Below are positions 62,890-64,000 of a stretch of DNA of 64,000 bases, piece by piece (within the stretch, counting starts at the first letter, position 1; each line of letters starts with the position of its first letter). Source of the DNA: Vicugna vicugna (Eukaryota); assembly GCA_013265495.1 (NCBI GenBank), contig MU057887.1, positions 11,985 through 75,984 on the forward strand, given 5' to 3'. The translations under genes were made by a program, and so were the position numbers. The notes under the pieces were generated by a model, which worked only from the letters and a program-made list of their open reading frames with translations, was not told the origin of the DNA and made no database searches.

Positions 62890-63920
62890 GTGTGGCCGCA
62901 GGGGACGGCGCGGGGCCTGTGCTTGGGGTTGGATTGTGCATTGGTGCGTATTCGTTTCCTGTGGGCACGTGTGGCCCTCAGAAGAGGGCGACCCCAGGAG
63001 GACCAGCTCAAGGGGCGCTGAGCGGGCGGTGGCTACGGCCGCGGAGGCGCCGGCCACGCCCCCACTCAGTGCCCCGCCCAGCTTGGTCCCGCCTCTGCGC
63101 ACGCCCCCTTCCCTGAGGCCCCGCCTCTGCCCCGTAAACTCCGCCCCTGGGGCCGCCCCTGCTCCGCCCTGGGCCCTGGGCCCCGCCCCCTCCTGCCCGG
63201 GTTCCGTTTGCGCCGGGTCCGCGCTACCCGCCGCGGTACTGGCGCTCCAGGCTGCGGCCGCTCCGAGCAATGATTAACCCCGCGGGGCGGCCGGCGCGGG
63301 GCCCGGGGCGGAGGCGGCGGGCTGGGGCGGGACCCCGGAGGACCGCTCGGCTTCCTGCTTTCGCCGAAGTTTCCTCGTAGAGGGCGCAGCGCCCGCAGGG
63401 GCCCGCGGCGCGGCGTGGCGCAGGGCGCGGCGCCGGACGCGCGTGGGCGCCGAGTCGGCCGCCGGGGTCACCATGAGGACTCTCCGCAGGTTGAAGTTCA
63501 TGAGTTCGCCCAGCCTCAGTGATCTGGGCAAGAGAGAGCCGGCCGCCGCCGCCGCAGACGAGCGGGGCACGCAGCAGCGCCGGGCCTGCGCCAACGCCAC
63601 CTGGAACAGGTAAGGCCGCGCCCTCCTGGTCGGCCCGCGGGCCCCTGGTCCCGGAGTCGGGGGAGGGGGAGCCTTCTAGCCGGTCCGCGGGCCAAGGCAG
63701 GCCCCCAGCGAGGAACTGTGCCGGGGCAGCGCGGCACTTCACAATTTGTAGAGAACTTGCTCCTCCAGAGTTGTGCGGGCGGGGAGGGAAGTTTAGTGCA
63801 ACGTGTTTCTAGAACGGAGAGACGAGACTGTGGACCCGGGGCTGGTTCCAAAGCGCCCAGCTGGTGGGTGGCGGGGTGGGCCTGGATCCCGCGAGCCCGC
63901 CTTCCCCCGGGGTCTTCCCA
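62890..63920 (+). promoter_or_regulatory. PRR5: CpG-island, TATA-less promoter and 5' region of PRR5
   Basis: Very high GC and CpG density, with many SP/KLF GC-boxes (GCCACGCCCCC, CCCCGCCC, CCCCGCCCCC) at about 63050-63190, upstream of the coding exon. Confidence 0.9.
63473..63609 (+). CDS. PRR5: First coding exon of PRR5 (proline-rich protein 5 / Protor-1); partial CDS, gene continues beyond the window
   Basis: ATG at 63473 in context gtcaccATGa. Hand translation gives MRTLRRLKFMSSPSLSDLGKREPAAAAADERGTQQRRACANATWN plus 2 nt, matching the mammalian PRR5 N-terminus as I recall it. It ends at a canonical donor AG|GTAAGG (GT at 63610-63611, phase 2) and lies in a CpG island. It is too short to appear in the ORF track. 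Confidence 0.95.
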
Positions 63921-64000
63921 CGCCTCTGCTCCAGTGCTCATGGCAACCTGGGAGGTAAATAGAGCAGGAAGTGTTTATCCCATTTCGCCTATGAGCAGAT

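Noticed and set aside
1..63400. Hundreds of 60-250 aa ORFs in the supplied track
   Set aside because: They are Pro/Gly/Arg/Ala-rich, overlap in all six frames, often cross repeats, many start at non-ATG codons, and show no recognisable domains. This is expected from stop-codon scarcity in GC-rich non-coding DNA.
1..64000. CRISPR array, operon or other prokaryotic/viral system
   Set aside because: No regularly spaced repeat-spacer units, gene-dense block or compositionally foreign insert; the window reads as ordinary mammalian DNA throughout.

Overview
This is mammalian genomic DNA, GC-rich and repeat-dense. Three tRNA-Ala-derived SINEs of the vic-1 type point to a camelid (alpaca/llama/camel). 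The only protein-coding sequence I can support is the first coding exon of PRR5 (Protor-1, an mTORC2/Rictor partner) at 63473-63609 (+), MRTLRRLKFMSSPSLSDLGKREPAAAAADERGTQQRRACANATWN(S), inside a CpG-island promoter. A second CpG island about 25 kb upstream (38.2-39.0 kb, core hidden by an N gap) is probably an alternative PRR5 promoter. The rest is intergenic or intronic sequence made of old L1 fragments, MaLR/ERV solo LTRs, MIRs, MER5/MER91 DNA transposons and simple repeats, with two assembly gaps. The hundreds of listed ORFs are spurious GC-rich frames. I found no convincing new biological system. The best leads are regulatory: (1) a three-layer nest of LTRs whose youngest, MER41-like layer carries overlapping STAT (GAS) and NF-kB motifs; (2) a uORF and an internal splice acceptor in PRR5 exon 1; (3) a divergent CTCF pair; (4) a cluster of near-perfect RFX X-boxes; (5) a composite DR5-DR5 nuclear-receptor element; (6) a marked CpG-content contrast between old L1 copies. 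Repeat subfamily names come from recalled consensus sequences, and repeat boundaries are approximate unless a TSD is given.
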